Part shown: piece by piece, positions 1-7,443 of the stretch
Layout: each line of letters begins with the position of its first letter
Numbering within the stretch: the first letter of the stretch is position 1
NCBI GenBank assembly: GCA_001742785.1
Contig: MCBF01000001.1
Coordinates: 1,233,086 to 1,243,471, forward strand
Length of the DNA: 10,386 nucleotides
Reading direction: 5' to 3'
Source of the DNA: Candidatus Altiarchaeales archaeon IMC4
Lineage (GTDB): Archaea; Altiarchaeota; Altiarchaeia; IMC4
The notes under the pieces: generated by a model
What the model was told of the DNA's origin: nothing
The model's input: only the letters and a program-made list of their open reading frames with translations
Databases searched by the model: none
Translations under genes and position numbers: made by a program

Positions 1-270
1 TTTAGATTTACAGGACACCATTTGCAGGTGCTGCAAATGCTTGTCATTTGCCTTGGCAAATGCTTGTCCTGAAAGGGCTTTGCGCTTTCGGGGATGTCCC
101 ATATCGCGCTGTTCACCGGTTTGAACGTCGTGCCTGAACATCGGCCAGTCCCCGGCAGATTCCGAGGCGTTTTTCTGGACATAGACTGCCTCTTAGGGGG
201 TGTTCTGGAATATGAATACCGCGCTTACTGCAAAAACCAAAATCGCAAATACTACAAATCTTTTGTCCAT
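1..270 (-). pseudogene. Interrupted gene for a secreted/membrane-anchored PQQ-binding-like beta-propeller protein (N-terminal part)
   Basis: ATG at 270 lies 1 nt after the carbamoyltransferase stop. Hand translation: MDKRFVVFAILVFAVSAVFIFQNTP*(TAA 195-193)EAVYVQKNASESAGDWPMFRHDVQTG. This is a hydrophobic signal/anchor followed, in the same frame past the stop, by the DWPMFRHD motif (150-127) typical of PQQ-like propeller N-termini. Similarity is not evident after about 115. Confidence 0.55.
19..68. repeat. Two tandem palindromes with a shared downstream 13-mer
   Basis: CATTTGCAG-gtg-CTGCAAATG (19-39) and CATTTGCC-tt-GGCAAATG (45-62). GCAAATGCTTGTC occurs at 33-45 and 56-68. Confidence 0.8.
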
Positions 271-272
271 CT
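260..272. repeat. 13-bp direct repeat, copy 1 (CTTTTGTCCATCT)
   Basis: Identical to 2025-2037. The two copies bracket the carbamoyltransferase gene. Confidence 0.75.
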
Positions 273-2035
273 TATAATAATTCTATTTCACGTGGGTTAT
301 TTTTTATTATTAGGAATGGATCTAAAAATAGATAGTCAATATCGTTTTCCAGAAATGTCTTCATGGCATCAAATGGGGTTTCAACTATTGGTTCCTGGCA
401 ATTGAAAGAGGTGTTTAGTACCATAGGGACCCCAGTTATATCTTCAAATTCTTTTATCAGTTGGTAATATCGCTCGTTTTCTTTTTGGGTTATAGCCTGA
501 AGTCGGCTGGTACCATCTACATGGACAACGGCCGGGATTAAATCTTTTTTATCCCCCCTCACATTGGCGACGACTGTCATGAAGGGCAATAGGTAAACTG
601 CCTTATCCACATCAATATCAAAATATTCCAAGACCCTCTCTCTTAGAATTGTTGGGGCAAAAGGACGGAATGACTCTCGTTTTTTTACCTTGTTTAACCT
701 ATCCTTCATATCCCTTCTTCTCGGATCAGCTAAAAGGCTCCTGTTGCCTAAAGCCCTTGGACCGAACTCCGATCTCCCCGTGAAAAATCCACAAATTTTG
801 CCATCCGCTAACGCCGATGCTATCTTCTTAAGGGGTTCCTTGGTTGGTGAGATCTCCTTGCATATAAACCTTGTATGAAAAGAGGTGTTTAGATCTTTCA
901 AAAAAGCACCTATCACTTTGTCGGAATATTCTTTTCCAAGATACGGCATTCCAAAAAATTCCTTTTTATTTGAATTATCTGATTTCTCCAAGAGGCCCCA
1001 CATCGCACAGCCTATCGCGCAACCGTCATCCGTGGCTGCTGGCTGTACATAAATCCTTTGAAATGAACTTTTATCCATTATTTTTTTATTCAATATCGAA
1101 TTCAGGAAGGTACCCCCTGCTAAACATAGGTTTTTTATTTTGGTTTTATCTTCTATATCTTTGATTAGGCAAAGAACTCTATCTTCGATATTTTTCTGTG
1201 CGAAATATGCAAGGTCCTTGTGGAGGTCTGTTATTGGTTCGTGTGGCAGTCGGCAGTCAACCCTCCATTTTACATGTTCTGGAAAATTAATTCCTAATTC
1301 TTTTTCCTGGATAGGTTTAGGGAGCAGTCCCTGTGCATCAAGCATATTTTTAAAATCAACGGCAGGTATATTCTTGTTTTCCTTGTAATAGTCAGTGAAA
1401 TCTGGAAAATCATCCCTGTTTTTGCCATAAGGTGCCAGACCCATTGTTTTGCCTGCCCCTGAAAAAGGAATTTGTGAACCACCGAACCCAAGCAATGCTG
1501 TGATGAAACTATAAAGCCACCCGGCACTAATTTCACCGGGGGTTCGATAGTTTCTTTTTATTATTTTGGGTTCGTTCCTTCTATCGAATAAAAATGCGGT
1601 TTCGCATTCCCTTGCATATTTATTTGGTGCATAACTTCCAACTGTATCAGCAACCAAAACAACCGCTTCCTTGAATGGGCTTGTAAAAAAAGCGCTATAC
1701 GCATGGGCTATGTGATGGCTCGGTTGTGGTAAGAGGGCGACATCATGGGTAGGATATCTTTTAGATGCCAATTCTTTAAGCCAATCCTCTTGTTCGGGGG
1801 AGTTTATCACAATACTATCGATATCTTCAATAGCAATATTTTCGAGGTTTAACAAGTAGTTAACTGCATGGTGCATCTCGAATCCATCTCCAGTTATGGG
1901 ACCAGAATGTTTGATTCTATTTAGTCTTTCAAGTGAAATAGCAAAGACTGCCCCATTTTGTACAATACATGCACTGCTATCATGTCCAGACAAATTTAAA
2001 CCAAGAACACACCTATTAGAAATCCTTTTGTCCAT
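272..2035 (-). CDS. O-carbamoyltransferase, NodU/CmcH/TobZ family (Kae1-like N domain + YrdC-like C domain)
   Basis: 587 aa. Motifs GHDSSAC, LERLNRIKH, HHIAHAYSAF, GKTMGLAPYG, LCLAGGTFLN, PAATDDGCAIG, GRSEFGPRALGNRSLLADP, KKRESFRPFAP, PAVVHVDGTSRLQ and NTSFN...EPIVETP occur in family order. Confidence 0.95.
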   Translation of the reverse strand: MDKRISNRCVLGLNLSGHDSSACIVQNGAVFAISLERLNRIKHSGPITGDGFEMHHAVNYLLNLENIAIEDIDSIVINSPEQEDWLKELASKRYPTHDVALLPQPSHHIAHAYSAFFTSPFKEAVVLVADTVGSYAPNKYARECETAFLFDRRNEPKIIKRNYRTPGEISAGWLYSFITALLGFGGSQIPFSGAGKTMGLAPYGKNRDDFPDFTDYYKENKNIPAVDFKNMLDAQGLLPKPIQEKELGINFPEHVKWRVDCRLPHEPITDLHKDLAYFAQKNIEDRVLCLIKDIEDKTKIKNLCLAGGTFLNSILNKKIMDKSSFQRIYVQPAATDDGCAIGCAMWGLLEKSDNSNKKEFFGMPYLGKEYSDKVIGAFLKDLNTSFHTRFICKEISPTKEPLKKIASALADGKICGFFTGRSEFGPRALGNRSLLADPRRRDMKDRLNKVKKRESFRPFAPTILRERVLEYFDIDVDKAVYLLPFMTVVANVRGDKKDLIPAVVHVDGTSRLQAITQKENERYYQLIKEFEDITGVPMVLNTSFNCQEPIVETPFDAMKTFLENDIDYLFLDPFLIIKNNPREIELL

Positions 2036-2037
2036 CT
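2025..2037. repeat. 13-bp direct repeat, copy 2 (CTTTTGTCCATCT)
   Basis: Identical to 260-272. Includes the start codon of the carbamoyltransferase. Confidence 0.75.
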
Positions 2038-3065
2038 CATTCGTAGATTAACGTATAGGATTCGAGCGCTAAATAACTTATTATGTCCGAGTTTAAGAGA
2101 ATTGTCAATATCGCGGCTGCGAAGAATATGTGGGCGGATGGTACGTATCCTTTGACAACAAAGCCTTCGATATTTTTTATTTTCTTAATCTGTTCAATAT
2201 CATCCTCGCTGAAGCCCCTTGCCATTATCCTTTCTTTTTCTTTGAAAGTTTTTTCCATGAAGTTGTTGAAATCAATATCCCCTTTTGATTTTGTCATAAT
2301 CCCCATCGGGATATCGCCGGGTTTTATATCTCTCAGATACCTCTCGTCGTGGGAGATGTGAAGGGCTAATATGCCGACGGCATAAGCAACAAGCAGCACA
2401 AAAAGCGTCGGCATATAGCTTATTAAAAAGCCGGTTGAAAAGATGATTGGGTCATATATCACCCTGAGCGCTGCCAATGGAAGGAGGATGTATATGACGT
2501 ATGATTTAAAAAATTTATTGAGTATCATGTAAACCAAAAGGGCGGCTATAATGTTGAAGAGGTATATACTGACACCTGACGCAGACATAACCTGCATTAC
2601 TACCCAGAACAACCCGAATATGAGGAGGGCGAGGTTCGCTACATTGGACGGCTTAAATGCGGTTTTGACTACCATTGCCTTTTCGCTCGTCTTTGTCCTG
2701 AGGATTAACGAGGGAATCCATAGGATAAAGCTCAATATGAGCACGTTGAATATCACTATTTCGGATGGGAAAATCGAGTCATAGAACGCCGGGGGCAGGT
2801 ATAACGAGATAACAGCAAATAATTTTCCGTCGCCAGCATTCCAGAACCTTATCTTCCACAGGACTACCCCGATAAGAAGGCAGACAAGAAAGTTAACGCC
2901 GTAATTTATGATATTTCCAGGGGTTGCAAAAAAAAGGCATACTCCGACTGCCGCCATGATGATGAGGTGCTTGTTGTATATCCTGCGCCGCCTCAGGTCT
3001 GTCAATGAGATGAGAACCCCAAATAAAACCAATATAAGAATCCTCAGGGCAAATAATTGATCCAT
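2037..3065 (-). CDS. A24-family prepilin/preflagellin (class III signal) peptidase, FlaK/PibD-like
   Basis: 342 aa, multi-pass membrane protein. First catalytic Asp in TDLRRRRIYN, second in the GxGD-like NAGDGKL. Soluble C-terminal insert LRDIKPGD...GFSEDDIEQIKK followed by a final TM segment (VPSAHIFF), as in archaeal A24 peptidases. Confidence 0.85.
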   Translation of the reverse strand: MDQLFALRILILVLFGVLISLTDLRRRRIYNKHLIIMAAVGVCLFFATPGNIINYGVNFLVCLLIGVVLWKIRFWNAGDGKLFAVISLYLPPAFYDSIFPSEIVIFNVLILSFILWIPSLILRTKTSEKAMVVKTAFKPSNVANLALLIFGLFWVVMQVMSASGVSIYLFNIIAALLVYMILNKFFKSYVIYILLPLAALRVIYDPIIFSTGFLISYMPTLFVLLVAYAVGILALHISHDERYLRDIKPGDIPMGIMTKSKGDIDFNNFMEKTFKEKERIMARGFSEDDIEQIKKIKNIEGFVVKGYVPSAHIFFAAAILTILLNSDIISYLALESYTLIYE

Positions 3066-3087
3066 TCTATTTTTGGGTCCCTCTCAG

Positions 3088-3103
3088 ATTATATGTACTT
3101 TTT
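3088..3103 (-). promoter_or_regulatory. Putative archaeal BRE/TATA element for the A24 peptidase gene
   Basis: Minus strand reads AAAAAGTACATATAAT, with the TATA-like part 23-30 nt upstream of ATG 3065. Confidence 0.4.
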
Positions 3104-3110
3104 ATCCCCT

Positions 3111-4091
3111 TCATTTAATCCTCCCAAGTTCTTTTAGGAAATCGCCAACGTCGTTTATCATATTTCCAGCCACATGCTTAAATTCCCCGGTACCATAAAG
3201 CCCGATATATCCCCTCCAAACGCCGATGCACACATAAAAGTATTTGCATCCGATGCATTTATCTGCCTTGGTTCTTCTTCCGATCTCAAGGTCCTTTATT
3301 ATATCCTCCTCTTGATTTGTCTTTCTCTTGTAAAACCTTCCCTCGATGGACGGCAAAAGCACGGTATTTAAATCGCCGCAGTATTCTTCGTATCCCTCTA
3401 GAACGCAGAATGGTATCGCATCCGCTGTGATTTCTGTGCCGAGCTCGTTTGCCTTTTTGATCGCCCCTTTCACGTAATCCTCGATCTCTCGTAATCTTGG
3501 GACTATCTCGTGCCATTTTGCAAACCTGTTTCCGCCTATCTGCGGGAACGTCAAACTTATCTTTTTTGCCCCAAGCCCAGAGGCGAGTTCAACGATTTTA
3601 TCAAGGTCTTTGTAATTGCTGCGCTGGATGACGGTTTTTGCGCATATGTTGCGCGCCCCGTATTTTTTCAGGTTTTTTATACCATCGGTTGTCTCTTTCC
3701 ATGAGCCGCCGACCCTTGTGATTTCGTCGTGCGTCTTGGGCTTATCACTGTGCAGGGGTATGGTAAACGACATTTCCGGCGCAATATCCATGACCTTCTT
3801 TGCGAATCCTTCGACACAGAAGGTTCTCCCGTTGGTCTGCAGGGAAACGGATAAACCTAAATTTTTTGCAACTCTCAAAAGTTCAAGGAAATCACCCCTT
3901 ATCGTCGGCTCCCCGCCTGTAAAGAGAACGGTGCCTATCTCTGGGTTTTGCATCTCTTTTTTTACCTCGTCCGTTGGTTTATCCAGTGGTTTTCCGGCAG
4001 CCCCGAGTTCAATCCGCGTATCTTCCATGAAGCAGTGGATGCAGCGGTTGTTGCAGGAATATCCAACGACGAGATGAAGTTCGCCTGACAT
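3111..4091 (-). CDS. Radical SAM protein with a C-terminal Cys-rich (SPASM/twitch-like) tail, HxsC-like
   Basis: CNNRCIHC cluster motif, FTGGEPT, LQTNGR, HDEITRVGGSW, IPFC and C-terminal CIGCKYFYVC. Start set at ATG 4091 (MSGELHL; 4100 is possible) because TTTAAA lies at 4117-4122. The track start at 4145 runs into the divergent promoter region. Confidence 0.85.
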   Translation of the reverse strand: MSGELHLVVGYSCNNRCIHCFMEDTRIELGAAGKPLDKPTDEVKKEMQNPEIGTVLFTGGEPTIRGDFLELLRVAKNLGLSVSLQTNGRTFCVEGFAKKVMDIAPEMSFTIPLHSDKPKTHDEITRVGGSWKETTDGIKNLKKYGARNICAKTVIQRSNYKDLDKIVELASGLGAKKISLTFPQIGGNRFAKWHEIVPRLREIEDYVKGAIKKANELGTEITADAIPFCVLEGYEEYCGDLNTVLLPSIEGRFYKRKTNQEEDIIKDLEIGRRTKADKCIGCKYFYVCIGVWRGYIGLYGTGEFKHVAGNMINDVGDFLKELGRIK

Positions 4092-4110
4092 GTTAATCAT
4101 TAGATGGCCA

Positions 4111-4152
4111 AAAGAATTTAAATGATTGATAGGAAACACGTGCATTTAAGCG
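4111..4152. promoter_or_regulatory. Divergent TATA-like elements between the radical SAM and U32 genes
   Basis: TTTAAA (4117-4122) is 26-31 nt upstream of ATG 4091 on the minus strand. TTTAAG (4145-4150) is 22-27 nt upstream of ATG 4172 on the plus strand. Confidence 0.4.
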
Positions 4153-4171
4153 CCAGTTCATAAGATACAAC

Positions 4172-4206
4172 ATGCCAAATTTTAAATTCTCGGTTCCTTA
4201 CAACAA
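4172..4206 (+). repeat. 35-nt identical 5' end shared by both U32 genes (copy A)
   Basis: ATGCCAAATTTTAAATTCTCGGTTCCTTACAACAA is identical to 7409-7443. Confidence 0.9.
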
Positions 4207-5182
4207 CGATTTCTCAATGTTGGAGATGCTTGCGGGGGATTTTGGAAATGGTATAGGAAACAATAAGATAGGGGAGTTATACCTCTCTGGTCCGCAGGAA
4301 ATATTCGGGTCCGGAAGGATTATTACCAAAAAAGTAAACATTGCAGACATTGTTAAAGTAATAAGTTTTTGCCACGAGAACGGAATCAAGGCTAATCTCT
4401 TGTTAAACTCGAGCTGTGAGGGCACACAATGGTACCAGCCGGGAAATGTCGGCATGGTTTTGAAATTGATTAGGATATTGCATTTAGAAAATGATTTGGA
4501 TGCAGTAACCCTCGCAAACCCCTTGTTCATCCAAAAAATCAAAAAGGAGTTCCCTGAGATTGAGATAAACGCTTCTGTCATAAGCCGTATTGATTCTGTC
4601 CAAATGGCGATTTTTTTTGATAAATTTGGCGCGGACGTGATAATCCCCGACAGGGACATCAACAGGGACCTGGGATTGCTGAAGGAGGTAAAAGAGGCCG
4701 TTGACTGTGAACTGAAATTGATGGTGAACGAGGGCTGTTTGTTTAAATGCCCTTATAAGATATTCCATGATAACTGGATTTCGCATGCGTCCAAAGAGTT
4801 GATTAACAGAAATCAGGACAGATTGGCCCAACCGGAGATCAAGAATTGCTCTTCAATTTTTAAGATAGACCGGTCCCAATTGTTAAAATCAAGTTGGATA
4901 AGGCCAGAAGACTTGGTAAGATATAGGGGGATAACGAGTTGGTTCAAAATTGTCGGCAGGGATAAGCCCGGTGGGTTTATTTTAAAAACTGCTGCTGCGT
5001 ACCTATCCGAGAAATCGCCGAAAAACCTGATGGAGATCATTAACGGCTCCCCTCCTTTTTTTGTTGATAACGAACTGCTCGATAAAGATAATTTCTTTGA
5101 GAGGGTTACTGGTTGTAATAAAAACTGCTCCAAATGTCATTATTGCGAAGAGTTTGCAAAGAAGGCGGTAAGAGAACTCTAG
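4172..5182 (+). CDS. U32-family ('peptidase U32') Fe-S protein, paralog A
   Basis: 336 aa. GSGR, LLNSSC, INASVI, PDRDINRD, MVNEGCLFKCP, WIRPEDL, FKIVGR and C-terminal CNKNCSKCHYC. Confidence 0.85.
   Translation: MPNFKFSVPYNNDFSMLEMLAGDFGNGIGNNKIGELYLSGPQEIFGSGRIITKKVNIADIVKVISFCHENGIKANLLLNSSCEGTQWYQPGNVGMVLKLIRILHLENDLDAVTLANPLFIQKIKKEFPEIEINASVISRIDSVQMAIFFDKFGADVIIPDRDINRDLGLLKEVKEAVDCELKLMVNEGCLFKCPYKIFHDNWISHASKELINRNQDRLAQPEIKNCSSIFKIDRSQLLKSSWIRPEDLVRYRGITSWFKIVGRDKPGGFILKTAAAYLSEKSPKNLMEIINGSPPFFVDNELLDKDNFFERVTGCNKNCSKCHYCEEFAKKAVREL
4628..4755 (+). repeat. 128-nt near-identical block shared by both U32 genes (copy A)
   Basis: Matches 7856-7983 at 126/128 by manual comparison; only ggattg vs gaactg differ. 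Confidence 0.9.
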
Positions 5183-7224
5183 GCCTTGTTGATTCTGCAA
5201 AGCAGCCCCCTTAATTGGTAACTGCCCATTTCCGCTCCACATATATCATAATCTGTCAGGGCGTTGGCGTTTGATAAAAAAACCCCTTGTAATCCTTGTT
5301 TTGTTTCCGGGAAATACCAGCCATGTTCTATACTTATTACCTTTGGGTGTATATCCTCCGTAACCTTCGCCTTTTGTTTTATTTTGCCCCTTGGCGTTTC
5401 TATCCATACTGTGTCCTCCTTTTTAATTCCATTCTTCTCTGCAGTATCTGGGTGCATTTCAACCAGTGGATATGGGTGCGTTTTTCTCAAACTCATTACC
5501 TGTCTCCCTGCCGAGTGAAAGTATTCGATACTCCTTCTTCCGGTAATCAGGATTAATGGATATTGTTTGAAAATTTCAGGGGTACTGATTGGACTTTCGG
5601 GTGGTTCTTTATAAACTGGCAAAGGCTCAAATCCTTGCTGCTTTAATCTCTCTGAATATAACTCAATCCGTCCTGTTGGGGTCTTAAACCCAGTAACCTC
5701 GTATTTTTTATATTTAGCATTAAAACTCACCTGTCCTTTTTTCTTTAGTTCGTTAAAGGTTATCCCACTTGGTGCTAGTTGATAATTATAGATATCCTCC
5801 AGACTCATACGGCCTAACGGCAAGCCCAATTTTAGGGCAAGTTGTAATAATATCCACTCGTCTGGCTTGGATTCTTCGATTTCGATAATTTTTCTCTGGC
5901 AGAATATTGTGTCCCCAATTGGTGTCAGAAGAGTGTCTGTCTCAAGCCACGTTGCAGCCGGCAGGACAATATCTGCTAGTTCTGCCGTAGGGGTCATATA
6001 AATATCGCTGCACATAATAAAATCCAAATCCATGAAGGCATCGTAAATTTTCCTTGGATAGGGATAACTAACGAGCGGATTAGCCCCAAAAATAATTGCA
6101 GACCTAATCGGATAGGGCTTTCCTGTTTTTATAGCGTTTATCATACTTGGGAAATGCGCCCCTGGAAGGTAAGGAAAATTATTAACTGGTCGCATCTTCA
6201 TTTTGCGGTGAAAGGATGGGATGCATTGGACAGGCAAATAGGGGATTAGATTCCCCCCACCAACATCGAGGTTTCCGGTAATGCCCACCAGAATCGAGAT
6301 TGCACGGCAGGTTTGAAGGGAGTTTATATTTTGCTCTAACGAAAGGCCGAATCGTATACAAGACGGTTTGTTTATTGCATACTCTCTTGAGATCTTCCTT
6401 ATATTGTTTGCCTTAACCCATGTTATTTTTTCTGCCCATTCGGGCGTACAGTCTTGCACATGTTTTTTTAATTCTCCAAAACCAACACAATATTTTAGAA
6501 CAAATTCCTTGTCATAAATATCTTCATTTATTATTGTGTTTATCATCGCTAGGGCTAAGGCGCAATCCGTACCCGGCCTTATTTGTAGATGGGTTTTGGA
6601 TAGTTTTGCTGTCTCGGATTTCCTAGGATCTATTGTTATAACAGTACTGCCTTGTTTTACAGCATCCAAAAAAAGAAATGGCGGGTTCGGGTTTAATCCA
6701 GAAACAACTGGGTTGGCACCCCAGCATAGTATTGTTTTTGGTCTGATGGAAAAATCACAAAGTGTGTCTGAGCCATAGGTCAGCTCCTCAGCAACCCTGT
6801 GCGGGTTAAAGCAAATTTGTTGATGCTCTGCCCAATTTGGGCTCCCGTATTCTAAGGCGAATTCAATAACAAAAGAATTGTGATGCCTCAGTGTCCCTAT
6901 CAGAAAAGATACTGCATGTGCTCCATATCTGTCTCTTATGTCAAGTAATCTGGATGATGCGATTTCTAAGGCCTCTTTCCATGAGATTCTTTTCCATTTT
7001 CCTTCGCCCCTTTTGCCAGTTCTCTGCAGTGGGTATTTTAGGCGGTTCTCATTATAGAGGTGCTCTAAACTCGTCCTTCCCTTCGGGCACAAACGGCCCT
7101 TGTTTAAAGGTGAATGTTTATCACCCTCTATCTTCACCACTTTTCCGTCTTTAACATGTACTAGAACCCCGCAACCCCCGTGGCACATACTGCAAGTGCT
7201 TTTGAATATTTTAGTCCTTTTCAT
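5179..7224 (-). CDS. Mo/W-bis-PGD (DMSO reductase family) oxidoreductase catalytic subunit, acetylene-hydratase-like clade, cytoplasmic
   Basis: N-terminal [4Fe-4S] motif CSMCHGGC...GRLCPKG. RLKYPLQR, WKRISW, GSPNW...C (putative metal-ligand Cys), WGANP, IDPR, IRPGTD, TAELADIVLPAA, YFHSA and C-terminal EHGWYFPE/NANALT. No twin-arginine leader. Likely start is ATG 7224 (MKRTKIFKSTC). Confidence 0.93.
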   Translation of the reverse strand: MKRTKIFKSTCSMCHGGCGVLVHVKDGKVVKIEGDKHSPLNKGRLCPKGRTSLEHLYNENRLKYPLQRTGKRGEGKWKRISWKEALEIASSRLLDIRDRYGAHAVSFLIGTLRHHNSFVIEFALEYGSPNWAEHQQICFNPHRVAEELTYGSDTLCDFSIRPKTILCWGANPVVSGLNPNPPFLFLDAVKQGSTVITIDPRKSETAKLSKTHLQIRPGTDCALALAMINTIINEDIYDKEFVLKYCVGFGELKKHVQDCTPEWAEKITWVKANNIRKISREYAINKPSCIRFGLSLEQNINSLQTCRAISILVGITGNLDVGGGNLIPYLPVQCIPSFHRKMKMRPVNNFPYLPGAHFPSMINAIKTGKPYPIRSAIIFGANPLVSYPYPRKIYDAFMDLDFIMCSDIYMTPTAELADIVLPAATWLETDTLLTPIGDTIFCQRKIIEIEESKPDEWILLQLALKLGLPLGRMSLEDIYNYQLAPSGITFNELKKKGQVSFNAKYKKYEVTGFKTPTGRIELYSERLKQQGFEPLPVYKEPPESPISTPEIFKQYPLILITGRRSIEYFHSAGRQVMSLRKTHPYPLVEMHPDTAEKNGIKKEDTVWIETPRGKIKQKAKVTEDIHPKVISIEHGWYFPETKQGLQGVFLSNANALTDYDICGAEMGSYQLRGLLCRINKA

Positions 7225-7244
7225 ACCCTTTACAACGTAACAAG

Positions 7245-7269
7245 AAAAATTCAACAGAGTTGAATTTTT
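7245..7269. promoter_or_regulatory. Perfect 11-bp inverted repeat (candidate operator)
   Basis: AAAAATTCAAC-aga-GTTGAATTTTT, 21-45 nt upstream of the Mo enzyme ATG. Confidence 0.6.
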
Positions 7270-7275
7270 GTGTCG

Positions 7276-7306
7276 AATATAAAGTATAATTTGTATACTT
7301 TATATT
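7276..7306. promoter_or_regulatory. Perfect 13-bp inverted repeat (candidate operator)
   Basis: AATATAAAGTATA-atttg-TATACTTTATATT, extendable by TCG/CGA with a 1-nt bulge. Confidence 0.6.
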
Positions 7307-7379
7307 ACGATAAAAAGATAACGCCCTACAAAGGACCCACCTCCATTGTTCCTCATTATCAATTTTGTAATCCCTGTCC

Positions 7380-7387
7380 TATATAAA
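7380..7387 (+). promoter_or_regulatory. Putative archaeal TATA box for U32 paralog B
   Basis: TATATAAA lies 22-29 nt upstream of ATG 7409. Confidence 0.5.
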
Positions 7388-7408
7388 AAACTGTTAATAT
7401 ATGATAAT

Positions 7409-7443
7409 ATGCCAAATTTTAAATTCTCGGTTCCTTACAACAA
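7409..7443 (+). repeat. 35-nt identical 5' end shared by both U32 genes (copy B)
   Basis: Identical to 4172-4206. Confidence 0.9.

Noticed and set aside
19..68. CRISPR array
   Set aside because: Only two abutting short units, with no 30-40 nt spacers and no cas genes.
193..195. Stop-codon recoding (alternative genetic code)
   Set aside because: The stop is TAA, and TAA, TAG and TGA all terminate well-defined genes elsewhere in the window.
196..270. Class III (pilin-type) signal peptide as the A24 substrate
   Set aside because: MDKRFVV lacks the Gly/Ala after the basic residues that defines the cleavage site. It looks like an ordinary signal/anchor.
94..405. 103-aa plus-strand ORF
   Set aside because: It overlaps the carbamoyltransferase 3' end antisense and has no recognisable motif. 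The minus strand explains the region better.
7346..7408. N-terminal extension of U32-B in the ORF track
   Set aside because: Paralog identity begins exactly at ATG 7409 and the extension contains a TATA-like box.
7225..7408. Small precursor-peptide ORF in the divergent intergenic region
   Set aside because: The ATG-started frame found there (7346, minus strand) stops after 6 codons, and no HxS or Cys-rich repeat was seen.
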